Source of the DNA: a virus
Virus record (IMG/VR): IMGVR_UViG_3300047551_002099
Coordinates: 15,811-79,810 of that record
DNA: 64,000 nucleotides
Reading direction: 5' to 3' (one strand)
The translations under genes and the position numbers were made by a program. This document shows, in pieces, positions 9,281-19,258 of the stretch; positions within the stretch are counted from its first letter, which is position 1, and every line of letters starts with the position of its first letter. A model generated the notes under the pieces. The model was given only the letters and a program-made list of their open reading frames with translations. It ran no database searches and had not been told where the DNA came from.

Positions 9281-12200
9281 ATGTCTGACTCAACTAACAC
9301 TCCGCCCGCGCCCACGAACAACCAACCCACCGAGCGCCAGCAAATAAAACTACAACCTAGGTTTCCGACAGATCCTTTGGTATTGGGGGCTGTCTGTCAT
9401 CAGCAGCAGCAAGCCCAGTACCCTGTTTTTGCGGTTACAGACTTAGACGACAATATTATTTTTGCTAACTTTACGGAGTGGAAGTTAACCAAGGCCCGCA
9501 CGAATATCAACCGCTACTGGCAGTCCAGCACTGCGTTCTTTCAATGTACGGTTGAGTTAACCGACTTAGCTAAACTAACGCCGCTATGGCCAGCTCCAGT
9601 GTTTCGCCACCAAACGACTATCCCGGCTACTAGCACTGCTTACACTCAAGGTTTGAGCTCAGAAGTTAAAGATGAACTTAAAAAACTTGTTGAGCGGTTT
9701 AAAAAAGAGTCACAGTCCTTTCAAAACCCTACGCAGGGACAAGAACTAATTGACAAATTAGTAAAAGAAGCAAGCGATGATGCTAAAACTGCTATCGCAG
9801 ATATTAATACAACTGACACCTCTGGTGGTTCCATTATCTATAAGCTTGAGCAGGCATTAGATAAAGCTGAAAACAGCGACCCCCAACAACAACAGCAACA
9901 ACTGGCAATTGACGCTGCGATAGCAGCGTTCCCGTTAGGCTCTTACGACGAAATCTGTATCTACGGAGGTTATCTAGACCGGCTTCGTCCCGTAGTATCT
10001 GAAGATATTAAAGCCAACCGACTGCTACGCAAAGGTGTCTGGTCGGTAGATACCATTACCGTCAGTGGCAGTACCCCAACGGGGATTATTATCACAGTGC
10101 AGTGCCGTGACCGACTGAAGTATTTAATGGATACTTTTGGTAGCTACAACACCGCCGAGTCCAATGAACTACTTGTTGACAAAAATGACAAGCCTGACAA
10201 CAACAACGCTATTAAACGCTCACAGGTAATCTTGACCCTAGCCCGTCGAGGGATTGGTGAATACAAACAGCAAGAGTCTATCGGGGGTCGGTTTATTAAT
10301 TCAGGGGTTATTTACGATATTTCTGACGCGGGTAATGAAAACACTCAGTCTGGCAATGTCTTGATGGACTTTGACCCTTACTATATGTACAACATCGACG
10401 GTGGCGCGTTGCTGGTGTCTAACGGAACGGTAACCCAATCTAATGGCCAAACAAGCGCGACTTCGACCAACGCAACTATTTACAACACCAATACTCCTGA
10501 AGGGAAAGCCCAATTAGAAACAGCTCTCGCAGAACTTAAAGCAAAAGCGCAAGCTCAAGCAGACAGCGAAAAAGACGACGCGGACGTTCAGGCAAAAAAT
10601 GCTGAAATCCAGGCTTTGACCCCTGACACTTTTATGGCTTACCTAGACGCAAACGGAGTCAAAAGTGGTACTAATATCGGAGACATAAACGTTAGCTCTG
10701 CGGGCAGCCTACGTGGCTCTACTGCCAACTCGCCCGTTGCTAAGGAAATGGTCTTTAATATCGTCAGTGGGCGGGTGCCTTATACCACAGCCGCTGACCA
10801 GTATTTTGGTCAGAACTTCATTGTTGCTGACCGTGTACCTCTAGACTACATACGGTTTCTGTCTCAACAGGAACCTTGGCCAACAGAAGTGTTTCAAGAC
10901 AGCCGTACCGGTGAGTTCTGGTACGCACCGCGGGGGTTAGACTTGACCGGGTTGTCTGATAAGTCCCGCTTCTTTCGGACTTACTACTTTAGAAACTGGC
11001 CCAATGATTTAGCTCAAACCACTGTAGCCCCCAGCAGTAATACTCAAGCCCAACAGGCCCAACAAAGTGAAAAGTTAAAAGAGCTGACAGAGGTTAGAGA
11101 CGCCCTAGCCCAAGCAATAAAGGATAACGCAGTTACCAATGCTTTAGACCAGTTTGAATCAAAATATGGGGCTAGACTTGACAAACTAGTCGGTTCTAAC
11201 TCTAATTACAACGAAGCTTTGGCTAAATTAGACCAACTTATTAAAAATGAGCAGCAGTCTAGTAATACTCCGGCTCCTGCAAGTTCCACGTCAACCCTTT
11301 CTGAGCGGGCTGATTTAGACATCAGGTCGGCAACGTTAGTGGATGTTTATAAAGACATAAGCAAGGCTCTACAAGAAAACCTAAATGAGTTAAGTGGTTT
11401 TTCTGGGTACATAAATAACACCGAAGAGGAAAGAGGCCCTTACATTCGTAACTTACGTAGCTTGTCTGTCGAAGCAGCAAATTACATGAATGTTTATAAA
11501 GAAGAAGATTACCGTATAGATATTGTTAAGTATAGAGAAGAGGTGGAAGGACGGGATGAAAAGGCAGTAATTGAAACAGCCGAGCGCTGGGCAGAAGAAT
11601 TAAATGTTGCAATAGCCGATGGGGAAAAAGCTAAACAAGAACTCCAGAAGCAGGAAGGGGTGGATGAGTTGAAAGCGGCTCAAGATAAAGTCATCCCAGA
11701 CTTTGGGATTGCGCACCCCCACCCTGCCCAAATGATTCATACCTTCCGGGAAGAAGTCTCTTCAGTGTCCGTCCGCACTAATATCATTGTTCAGTCCCAC
11801 TCGCCTAGTACACCGGATACCATTACCCAAATTCTACATCTGTCTGTAGAGCCTTGGTTTATGAAGACCCGTGCGTATCCCTGTTCTTTTTTCACGGTAA
11901 CGGACGACAGCGCCGGGACTATGAGCGGTGACAGTACTAAACGGGGCGCTCTCATTGCTTTAGCTTTATCCTACGCCCGGGTTATTGCTAAAGAACTACG
12001 GGTATCCGCTGCAACTGTTCTAGGCGACCCGTCCTTTGTCCCTGGGGAAGTTATTCAAGTGATTGGGTCACCGATGAACCCTTATGCGCTTGACCCTAAA
12101 AGTCCCTATTACTGGACGGAAGACCGAAGACAGATTGTAGATATGAACCGGCAGTACCAAGGATTAGCTAATGATTTAGCAGTGGTAGCCCGCTCAAATC

Positions 12201-12466
12201 CAGATACACCATACAGTCCACCAGAAGGCGTTGACGTTCTTACAAACCCTATCCCAGGTAAAAAGATAGTGATTTCTCCCAGCGGTACTGGACAGACTAC
12301 CAACAGTGATTTTGCGCAGGCAAAGGAAAACAGAAACCAAGGGGTTAACTATATTACCTTTAAGCGGGAGCCGCCTTCGATGTGGCGGGTGGAAGGTGTT
12401 GTTGACCGCTTTATGGACGGGGTGCCTGGATACTATACCGAGTTGGCTTTACTAAGTTGCTTTTAA
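9281..12466 (+). CDS. baseplate hub (gp27/gpD-like) with inserted coiled-coil segments
   Basis: ICIYGGY, VDTITVSG...ITVQCRDRLKYLMD, EVFQDSRTGEFWY, TVLGDPSFVPGEVIQV and WRVEGVVDRF...GYYTELAL match hub-protein patterns. Confidence 0.7.
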   Translation: MSDSTNTPPAPTNNQPTERQQIKLQPRFPTDPLVLGAVCHQQQQAQYPVFAVTDLDDNIIFANFTEWKLTKARTNINRYWQSSTAFFQCTVELTDLAKLTPLWPAPVFRHQTTIPATSTAYTQGLSSEVKDELKKLVERFKKESQSFQNPTQGQELIDKLVKEASDDAKTAIADINTTDTSGGSIIYKLEQALDKAENSDPQQQQQQLAIDAAIAAFPLGSYDEICIYGGYLDRLRPVVSEDIKANRLLRKGVWSVDTITVSGSTPTGIIITVQCRDRLKYLMDTFGSYNTAESNELLVDKNDKPDNNNAIKRSQVILTLARRGIGEYKQQESIGGRFINSGVIYDISDAGNENTQSGNVLMDFDPYYMYNIDGGALLVSNGTVTQSNGQTSATSTNATIYNTNTPEGKAQLETALAELKAKAQAQADSEKDDADVQAKNAEIQALTPDTFMAYLDANGVKSGTNIGDINVSSAGSLRGSTANSPVAKEMVFNIVSGRVPYTTAADQYFGQNFIVADRVPLDYIRFLSQQEPWPTEVFQDSRTGEFWYAPRGLDLTGLSDKSRFFRTYYFRNWPNDLAQTTVAPSSNTQAQQAQQSEKLKELTEVRDALAQAIKDNAVTNALDQFESKYGARLDKLVGSNSNYNEALAKLDQLIKNEQQSSNTPAPASSTSTLSERADLDIRSATLVDVYKDISKALQENLNELSGFSGYINNTEEERGPYIRNLRSLSVEAANYMNVYKEEDYRIDIVKYREEVEGRDEKAVIETAERWAEELNVAIADGEKAKQELQKQEGVDELKAAQDKVIPDFGIAHPHPAQMIHTFREEVSSVSVRTNIIVQSHSPSTPDTITQILHLSVEPWFMKTRAYPCSFFTVTDDSAGTMSGDSTKRGALIALALSYARVIAKELRVSAATVLGDPSFVPGEVIQVIGSPMNPYALDPKSPYYWTEDRRQIVDMNRQYQGLANDLAVVARSNPDTPYSPPEGVDVLTNPIPGKKIVISPSGTGQTTNSDFAQAKENRNQGVNYITFKREPPSMWRVEGVVDRFMDGVPGYYTELALLSCF

Positions 12467-12469
12467 CCC

Positions 12470-14356
12470 ATGCTAAACACAACTGATTCCTTTTACTTTT
12501 CAAATAAGCCAACTGACCAAGAGCGTTGGGTTACTAGTAATGACCAAAAGAACAACACTCAATATGAAGGGGTTGTTCAGGCTATCTCCCCGCTGGGTTA
12601 TCTAAACGGCAACTGTGTAGTTTATATTCCTAATCTGCGGATGTACGTTAAATGCCAAACGAACTTTGGCTACAACTCGCACTTTGTCGGTAACACTGTT
12701 GCGTACCGCCCTGGAGACTTCGTGCGGGTTAGTTTTGTTAATGGTAAAACAGAACGTCCGACGATTATAGGTAGCCTTAGCAACCACCGTTCTGAAGGTT
12801 ACATGCTTAAGGAAGGAAATCCTATCCCTCAGCATTGGACCGAAGACAACGAACTTAGTTATACCGTTACTCCTAACGCTTATATTCCTGAAGCTGCCCG
12901 CTGGGGTTACCGAGTGACCGGTCAAGTTTATGACTATCCGGGGCTTATCACCAAGAATAAAGACACTAACCTATTTACTGAAATCCCAGGCACGGCTATC
13001 TGGGACATGCATGGGGACTACCATATTTATCCCCTAGGTACCCTAAATATTGCCGCCACCAAACTGAACTTCAAGATTACCGCTCCACGGGTAGACCCAG
13101 CCTTATACCCACTGGAAACACTCCGAGCGCACATGATGTACTACGGGGACTACGAAGGTAAGAACACTCGCAAGTACATCAAGAACAACAGTAAGTTGTC
13201 CTACGACAAAATCCTGGACGTCACAATTGATTATGTCGCAGATAAAACGCTACAACCAGACTCTGAGGTTAAGCAAGCCTTAGCAGACGCGGCTAAAGAA
13301 GAAGTCAAGTCTATTCTTCATTTGGAAGCTTGTGTTGACCGCAACCGGAATATGGCTCAAAGTCTGTTTAGCAAGATTTTTGGGGCACTGGCTGGTGGTC
13401 TCCTGGGTGATATCGGTAATATTATTGATGTCGGCGATGAGCTGTTAAACCAGATTTTAAACGCTGGGCTCAGTTGGGCAATGCAGGAAGTTAATGGTAT
13501 CTTACCAGACTGGGCTCAGCTCAGTGTTCAGAATGGAGCCATCGGTATTGGGCCATTATCGATTGATCCAGTCACCGGGAACGTTGGGATTAACGGCGGT
13601 GTTTTTAACGCAATTGTTGGTAAACAACTAGACTCAGTTAACAAGGCTTTACCGAGCTGGCTACAAATTAGAATCAGCGGTAATATCTTTTCCTTTGGAG
13701 GTAAAAATATTCCTTTAGAAGACCTAATGCAAGACGGACTTTCCATTGGCATTGGGGACTTTGTTATTCGGAATGACAAGGGAAACATTACCATGTCTGT
13801 AGACGGCCTGGTTGTGGGAGACTTGACTCAAGCTGTTACAGCAATGGCAACTAACATCGGGATAGGTTTTATTAGCGGTGGTTTAGCTGAGCTTAACCAA
13901 AATCTACCTGATGAATTTCAAATAGGCGTTAGTATGGGGGCAGACGGCCTTCCGACGTTCAGCGTTGGCCCGCTTTCTATTACCCCCTTTGGTAATAACG
14001 CGGGCATTTCTCTAGACAAAGCTGCTTTAGGTCAGGCATTGGAAAGTCTACTGGGCGGCTTGTTAGAGCAATTCCTATCCCAGTTACCTCTACCCTTGCA
14101 ATGGATTGGACGAGTTCTTTGGAATGAAATTAACTTTGGAGCCTTATTTATGGACGCCCCGAAAGAACCTTACGGAAATGCTAATGAAGTTGAAGGAATT
14201 ATCCGTTCGGGTCGTTATACCTGTGTTAGTGGGCCAATTGACTTTATTAACGCTCCGGTCACAATATCCCCATTACCGCCACCGTCACAGTTTGAAGTGG
14301 ATACTAGCGGGGAAAATAACCTTCCTGTTCAGCAACCCGCCGCTGGAGGTCAATGA
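12470..14356 (+). CDS. baseplate spike-like protein, N-terminal gp5/VgrG OB-fold plus Gly-rich repeats
   Basis: EGVVQAI...VYIPNL...YRPGDFVRVSFVNGKTERPTIIGSL is an OB-fold signature of gp5/gpV. Follows the hub gene. Confidence 0.65.
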   Translation: MLNTTDSFYFSNKPTDQERWVTSNDQKNNTQYEGVVQAISPLGYLNGNCVVYIPNLRMYVKCQTNFGYNSHFVGNTVAYRPGDFVRVSFVNGKTERPTIIGSLSNHRSEGYMLKEGNPIPQHWTEDNELSYTVTPNAYIPEAARWGYRVTGQVYDYPGLITKNKDTNLFTEIPGTAIWDMHGDYHIYPLGTLNIAATKLNFKITAPRVDPALYPLETLRAHMMYYGDYEGKNTRKYIKNNSKLSYDKILDVTIDYVADKTLQPDSEVKQALADAAKEEVKSILHLEACVDRNRNMAQSLFSKIFGALAGGLLGDIGNIIDVGDELLNQILNAGLSWAMQEVNGILPDWAQLSVQNGAIGIGPLSIDPVTGNVGINGGVFNAIVGKQLDSVNKALPSWLQIRISGNIFSFGGKNIPLEDLMQDGLSIGIGDFVIRNDKGNITMSVDGLVVGDLTQAVTAMATNIGIGFISGGLAELNQNLPDEFQIGVSMGADGLPTFSVGPLSITPFGNNAGISLDKAALGQALESLLGGLLEQFLSQLPLPLQWIGRVLWNEINFGALFMDAPKEPYGNANEVEGIIRSGRYTCVSGPIDFINAPVTISPLPPPSQFEVDTSGENNLPVQQPAAGGQ

Positions 14357-14970
14357 TGCTAGACAAGAAACCGACCAGTAACCAGATACTAAAGCCAACC
14401 GGAACAATTCTAGAAGCTGCCGCTTCACCAGATGATCTGGAGTTCTACATTGGTAACCTGTTGACAATTTATGGGGTGCCTAACGCTATGAAGATTAGCT
14501 ACGTAGCTGGAGACTTTATTAAGACTTCGAGTTTCTATAGCTATCTAGACTTGGTAAAACTAACAACGAACTACGGGTTAGCCTTTTCCTTAACAGCGTT
14601 GCAGATTGGTTTGGGCGCCGCGGTTAGTCAAGAACTCAACAAGTTAGAACTTCTTTACCCCGCCGTTAACCGGGCTTTTGGTTTAGATGAACCTGACTTA
14701 AGCCTAATAAAGACTATTAACCCTTTTGGTATAGTAGAGGGCCTTGAGGAAGTCTTAAGTTGGTTTGGTTACGATAGTCTTGATGTTGGTACTGCTTTAG
14801 CAGACTTTGACTATTTTAACCAATGGTTGAAAGAGCAGGAGCCACGCTACAGCACTTTGTTGATAATACCTTTTGACGCCGCTAAGTATTTTAATGAACT
14901 TATAAAACTTAAAGCTGGTTTTGTTATTACTCCCGAACTTGTTTCTTATCTTAAAAAGGCTTATTACTAA
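14353..14970 (+). CDS. hypothetical protein (baseplate module)
   Basis: 205-aa ORF, ATGA overlap with the upstream gene. Confidence 0.6.
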   Translation: MMLDKKPTSNQILKPTGTILEAAASPDDLEFYIGNLLTIYGVPNAMKISYVAGDFIKTSSFYSYLDLVKLTTNYGLAFSLTALQIGLGAAVSQELNKLELLYPAVNRAFGLDEPDLSLIKTINPFGIVEGLEEVLSWFGYDSLDVGTALADFDYFNQWLKEQEPRYSTLLIIPFDAAKYFNELIKLKAGFVITPELVSYLKKAYY

Positions 14971-16067
14971 TGGACTTCACAACAATCCAAGAGCGCCCGC
15001 TTTACAGCATGGCTGGATTACCAGTGTCTCCCTTCGCGCAGCGGGTAGGTTATCGTAATCAGACCCGTTACAAGACCGACCGGAACCGAGTCGTGGCTAT
15101 CACGTTAGGGCAGCTTGAATTAAGCCGGCTGCAAGACCAATACCAACAAGGTTATAACAACGGTTTTAATGCAACTGTCGGGCAGTACCGAGATTTGATG
15201 ATAGCCAAAGCAATTGAGGCGTCTTTAGTTAACGTTCAGTTTACTGATATAGACTCTAACAAGTTAACCACTCACGCAGATAAGGTTTGGGGTTACTACA
15301 CTTATGACGAAATCTGGGACTATATCCAACCCGGAGAAGACATAGATTACCCTGCGCTGTGGGCTAGTCTAGGAACCCCTGCTTATTACTTTTACTATGC
15401 AAAGCCTGACCTGGCTGACGGTATTCTTAGCTGCTACGAGCGGTTAATCACTTTCTTCTGGGCTACGTTGGGTATGAGTGCCAAGCGAACACCCAAAGAC
15501 CGGCTCAACCGGCTTATCAATGCAACGGGGCTTAATGACGTCTTTCTAGAACGGCTGTCCTTACTCAACAAGAAAATTGATAAGATAAGCTTCCTGCGCC
15601 GTAATAACATCAGCAAATCAACAGGTCTTAAGGAAGACTTACTGCTCGGGCACTACAGTTCTGATTACTTTGCCGCTTTGCTAGAAGACGCCGACCCCGA
15701 TCTTAAAGACGAGTTTAGTTCTATAACCAAGGCTATTTACTCTATTGCTAAACCTTGTGGTCTTTACTACGTCGCTCAGTTCTTTACTGTAGAAGCCTAC
15801 ATTAGAATTGCCCGTCTACTGGAGTTGGATTCTTATACTGCCCAACTACCACTAAGCCAGTTTGTAGCGTCGCAAGAGTATAGTGCCAAGTCAATCCGGC
15901 TATCTATTGCGGATTGGTTGAGCACTGCTAACGACGCGCATCTAATACTTAATTGGTATACTAATAATGAAGATAAGTTCTTACGCTCTAACCTAATCTT
16001 TTGGCTGGCAGCGCTAGAAGATCAAAAGTTGTCTTACGCTTCAGAGTACCGGTTGACTGATTTTTAG
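14970..16067 (+). CDS. hypothetical protein (baseplate module)
   Basis: 365-aa ORF, TAATG coupling. Confidence 0.6.
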   Translation: MDFTTIQERPLYSMAGLPVSPFAQRVGYRNQTRYKTDRNRVVAITLGQLELSRLQDQYQQGYNNGFNATVGQYRDLMIAKAIEASLVNVQFTDIDSNKLTTHADKVWGYYTYDEIWDYIQPGEDIDYPALWASLGTPAYYFYYAKPDLADGILSCYERLITFFWATLGMSAKRTPKDRLNRLINATGLNDVFLERLSLLNKKIDKISFLRRNNISKSTGLKEDLLLGHYSSDYFAALLEDADPDLKDEFSSITKAIYSIAKPCGLYYVAQFFTVEAYIRIARLLELDSYTAQLPLSQFVASQEYSAKSIRLSIADWLSTANDAHLILNWYTNNEDKFLRSNLIFWLAALEDQKLSYASEYRLTDF

Positions 16068-16077
16068 AGTTTTTGGA

Positions 16078-18438
16078 ATGTCTAAGTTTATTAACTATGA
16101 TTTGAGCACGCTAGCACAGTCGTCTCCGACAACGCTAGGAAGCACCGTTGATACTACTCTTGTTTTAGAAACAAGCGCAGCGGCTATCCCAGGCAATCCG
16201 ATTACAGCAACACTCAAAGCTTACCCACCGCTGGCTACTGCAGAGGACATCAAGTTAGAAAGTATCACTGACCAAAGTACTTTTATAGCTAGTTCATTTA
16301 CAGAAATCACTCCCGGTGTTTACCAAGCGTCTATTACAGTAGAGAGCGGTAGCGGGGACCTAGAGTTTATCGCTAAAGACAATAAAGGAAATAGCAGCAA
16401 TGGCTCTGTTGTGAATACTATTAGCCCACCGTTATCTGCTAACAGCTCCAACCTGGACAAACAAACTCTCAGCGCTTTGAACCAAACTTCTGCTATGGCA
16501 GATACCGCAGAGCCTACTAGGGCTAAGTCTGGTACATATCAACAGGCTCTTAAGAAGCGGGGTAAGAGCGAGCCTACCAGCCGAAGCACTGAAACTCAGA
16601 AAGGGCGGGTGCCTGGGGCAGTGGAAACTGCGGTCGCAGGCTACCGCTCTCTATCCGAAACCTTAGCTGCCAACCACAAGTATGACGAGTTTAGTAAGTT
16701 AAGGTTATGGGCTAACTTAACCAAACCAAAGTCTTACCGTATTAAGCGACTCAACGACTATCGTAAGGCATTGGACGAATGTATGGAAAGGCTGGCAATT
16801 GTAATGCAGAACTACGACATTGTTGAAGTAGGAAGCGCCGCTAAAGACCATACCAACGCGGAAAACTCAAACGCCTTATCTTTCCGGTTCAATGCTGGTA
16901 CGTTCTTTGACGTTTACGCTCCAGCGTCAGTCTTTAACACGGAGTACTTAATTCAATACAGCTCCAGAGCAACTTTTCGGCAGACCGCATTAGACCAGCT
17001 CAGTAGTTTCTATACTTGGCACCGGGCGCAGAACAACATGGTTCACCAAGCGCGGGATTACTTCAACTACTCAACTCAACACTCCTTCCTGGGTGGCAAC
17101 ATTAATACCACTGTTTACCGTGACAAGAAAGAGCGCTACGAGTATTTGGTAACTCAGATCGGACAGGTACAGGGTGGGGCTAAAACAGAAGGAAAGCTTA
17201 GAACAGCATCTAAAAAGACAGCAGAGTTCAATGGACAAACCGCCCAACTACCTGATATGGGTGGAAGTGGAGCATCTGGAGGTGGGGGCTTTTCAGTAGA
17301 CGGGGTAAGTGGTACTGCTAGTGACACAACTTTACCAACCGGGTCTAGTGCTGCAGACGCTGCTGGTGCTCAAAAAGGGAGCGCTGCAGGCCCTGCTGAA
17401 GACGTTGAAAAAGAAAAGATTTCTAATTGGGATATTAGTGTCAAGAACGACTATAATTTGAAATCCGTTGTTGGGGGGATTATTCAAAAAGCCAAGGATT
17501 TATTCTACCAGCAAGCTAAAGCAATTGTGCTCCGCGCCGCCGAAAGCTTTTATGTAGATTCCGAAAAGCATGTCTGTATCGAGTCTGGGGGAGACCTTTA
17601 CTTAAAGGCGAAGGGTACTTTGTATATCAACGCGGGCGATATGGTTATTCGCACAGTAAATGGTAACATCCGTCGGCTGGTGGGCTACGCAGGCATTCAA
17701 GATTATATCGACCGCAACGGGATTAATATAGCCAAGAAGGATAACGGTGACCCCATTTTTGATACGGACGGTAACTTTGTTACTCAGCAAGGCAGTGAGT
17801 TTATCCCAGTTAGAATGCCGGCTCCTAAGATAGGCACAATAACAGAGTTTATCCGCCCAACTTCTTCTATCCACGTCCCCAGTCCGAAACTAATTGAAGG
17901 AGATAATAGTCTGTTCACCGATTTTCTAAAGGATGTTGGTCTTGAGCAGATTACTAGTTTAGGTGGCTTACTCGACACCAGCGGACTTACTGGTGCTTTA
18001 GGTGATGGCATTCTTAACACGTTTGGCTCTGGGGATATTGGTAACTTTATTAAGGACGTAGCCACCAGCGGCTTGGAGCAGATGCTAGACCAGGGTTTAG
18101 ATTTAATTCCTGGGGCTGGAGATGCTGTTGATGTCGCTAACGATGTAGCTGACCAACTTAACGCTTTTGTCGACGAACTTATAGAAGTCAAAACTAGCTC
18201 TGTAGAGGTTACAGGGTCAGACTTAAGCTATACCGTTACTTACAAACTCCCTGATGAGCCTGGCACCGCTTTGATTACCTACCCTACTGAGTTACTGGAC
18301 TACCCTAAAACGGCAGTTCCTAAACCAGCTAAAACCGGTAGTAACGACTTACGCAATATGCCTATCTTACCTAGTGCCCGTTTAGAACCCCTGTGGCAAA
18401 ACGGTGTTCCTTTTGAAGAACAAACTCCCACTGAATAA
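16078..18438 (+). CDS. structural protein with N-terminal Ig-like domain and gp5-like beta-helix repeats
   Basis: FTEITPGVYQASITV Ig-like motif, and roughly 8-residue periodic strands DISVKNDYNLKS...VCIESGGDLYLKAKGTLYINAGDMVI. Confidence 0.5.
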   Translation: MSKFINYDLSTLAQSSPTTLGSTVDTTLVLETSAAAIPGNPITATLKAYPPLATAEDIKLESITDQSTFIASSFTEITPGVYQASITVESGSGDLEFIAKDNKGNSSNGSVVNTISPPLSANSSNLDKQTLSALNQTSAMADTAEPTRAKSGTYQQALKKRGKSEPTSRSTETQKGRVPGAVETAVAGYRSLSETLAANHKYDEFSKLRLWANLTKPKSYRIKRLNDYRKALDECMERLAIVMQNYDIVEVGSAAKDHTNAENSNALSFRFNAGTFFDVYAPASVFNTEYLIQYSSRATFRQTALDQLSSFYTWHRAQNNMVHQARDYFNYSTQHSFLGGNINTTVYRDKKERYEYLVTQIGQVQGGAKTEGKLRTASKKTAEFNGQTAQLPDMGGSGASGGGGFSVDGVSGTASDTTLPTGSSAADAAGAQKGSAAGPAEDVEKEKISNWDISVKNDYNLKSVVGGIIQKAKDLFYQQAKAIVLRAAESFYVDSEKHVCIESGGDLYLKAKGTLYINAGDMVIRTVNGNIRRLVGYAGIQDYIDRNGINIAKKDNGDPIFDTDGNFVTQQGSEFIPVRMPAPKIGTITEFIRPTSSIHVPSPKLIEGDNSLFTDFLKDVGLEQITSLGGLLDTSGLTGALGDGILNTFGSGDIGNFIKDVATSGLEQMLDQGLDLIPGAGDAVDVANDVADQLNAFVDELIEVKTSSVEVTGSDLSYTVTYKLPDEPGTALITYPTELLDYPKTAVPKPAKTGSNDLRNMPILPSARLEPLWQNGVPFEEQTPTE

Positions 18439-18440
18439 TT

Positions 18441-18707
18441 ATGAAGCTTAACGACCAGCCGATTGCTAACCAACTTAAGGCTAATCAGATAAGTAAAGCG
18501 TTTACTGTGCTCAGACAAGACCGGAACAAGGTAACGCTGGTGCCAAAGGAAACCAACTCAGTACGTCTTTCCTTAGGAAATATTATCAGCTTTAACCAAG
18601 GTGTTGTTGGTATTGTTGTTGAAGTCAACAAGGACAACACAGTTTACACCGCGCTGCTTAGTTTAGACCACCCAGTCAAAGAAGGCACCAAAGTACAGTT
18701 AGCCTAG
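18441..18707 (+). CDS. small beta-barrel protein resembling the ATP synthase alpha N-terminal domain
   Basis: LGNIISFNQGVVGIVVEVNKDNTVYTALLSLDHPVKEGTKVQL parallels the AtpA N-terminal pattern GE-x-V-x-F-xxGxxGxxxxLxxDxVxxxxxGxxxxIxEGxxV. Confidence 0.4.
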   Translation: MKLNDQPIANQLKANQISKAFTVLRQDRNKVTLVPKETNSVRLSLGNIISFNQGVVGIVVEVNKDNTVYTALLSLDHPVKEGTKVQLA

Positions 18708-18737
18708 GCTGAAAGTAGGTTAGTTTCTGTTTATATC

Positions 18738-19253
18738 ATGGCAGCTCTTAAACACCGGTTAGACGTCTACGACAACGTTATTGGCTCTGATGTGAAGATA
18801 GCACCTCTAGGGGATTTAGCTTTAGACCCTTTAGACTCTGATTTAAGTGTCTTAAGTGGCTCTGAAGCGCTGGGAGCGGCGGTACGCCGACGGCTGTCTA
18901 CACCGCTTACTGGCTATGGTCGTATTGTTAAAACCGCTCGGGGCTACGAGTATGTAGACGCGGACTATGGTAGTACTCTATCTAACTTTTTATCTGCCCC
19001 GATTACAGACCTGGCGTTAGATGACGTTGTTGAAGTCGTCCAACAAGACGCAAGCAAAGACCCACGCTTAGCCCAAACAGCTGCAGCCATTACAGAGGTC
19101 AACCAAAACGGCTACGCCATCCAACTTTACTACCTACCTAAAACGGTAGACGAGTTAATCGCGCAAGGACTTACTGTTGGTAATTACGCTGAAAACACAG
19201 TCTTTAGTGCGCAAGTTGCCACTAACTATTCTTTACTGTTACCGCTTTATTAA
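18738..19253 (+). CDS. baseplate wedge gp25/gpW-like protein
   Basis: GDLAL...LSGSEALGAAVRRRLSTPLTGY...DYGSTLSNFL...KDPRL is a typical gp25 pattern. Confidence 0.8.
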   Translation: MAALKHRLDVYDNVIGSDVKIAPLGDLALDPLDSDLSVLSGSEALGAAVRRRLSTPLTGYGRIVKTARGYEYVDADYGSTLSNFLSAPITDLALDDVVEVVQQDASKDPRLAQTAAAITEVNQNGYAIQLYYLPKTVDELIAQGLTVGNYAENTVFSAQVATNYSLLLPLY

Positions 19254-19258
19254 GACCT

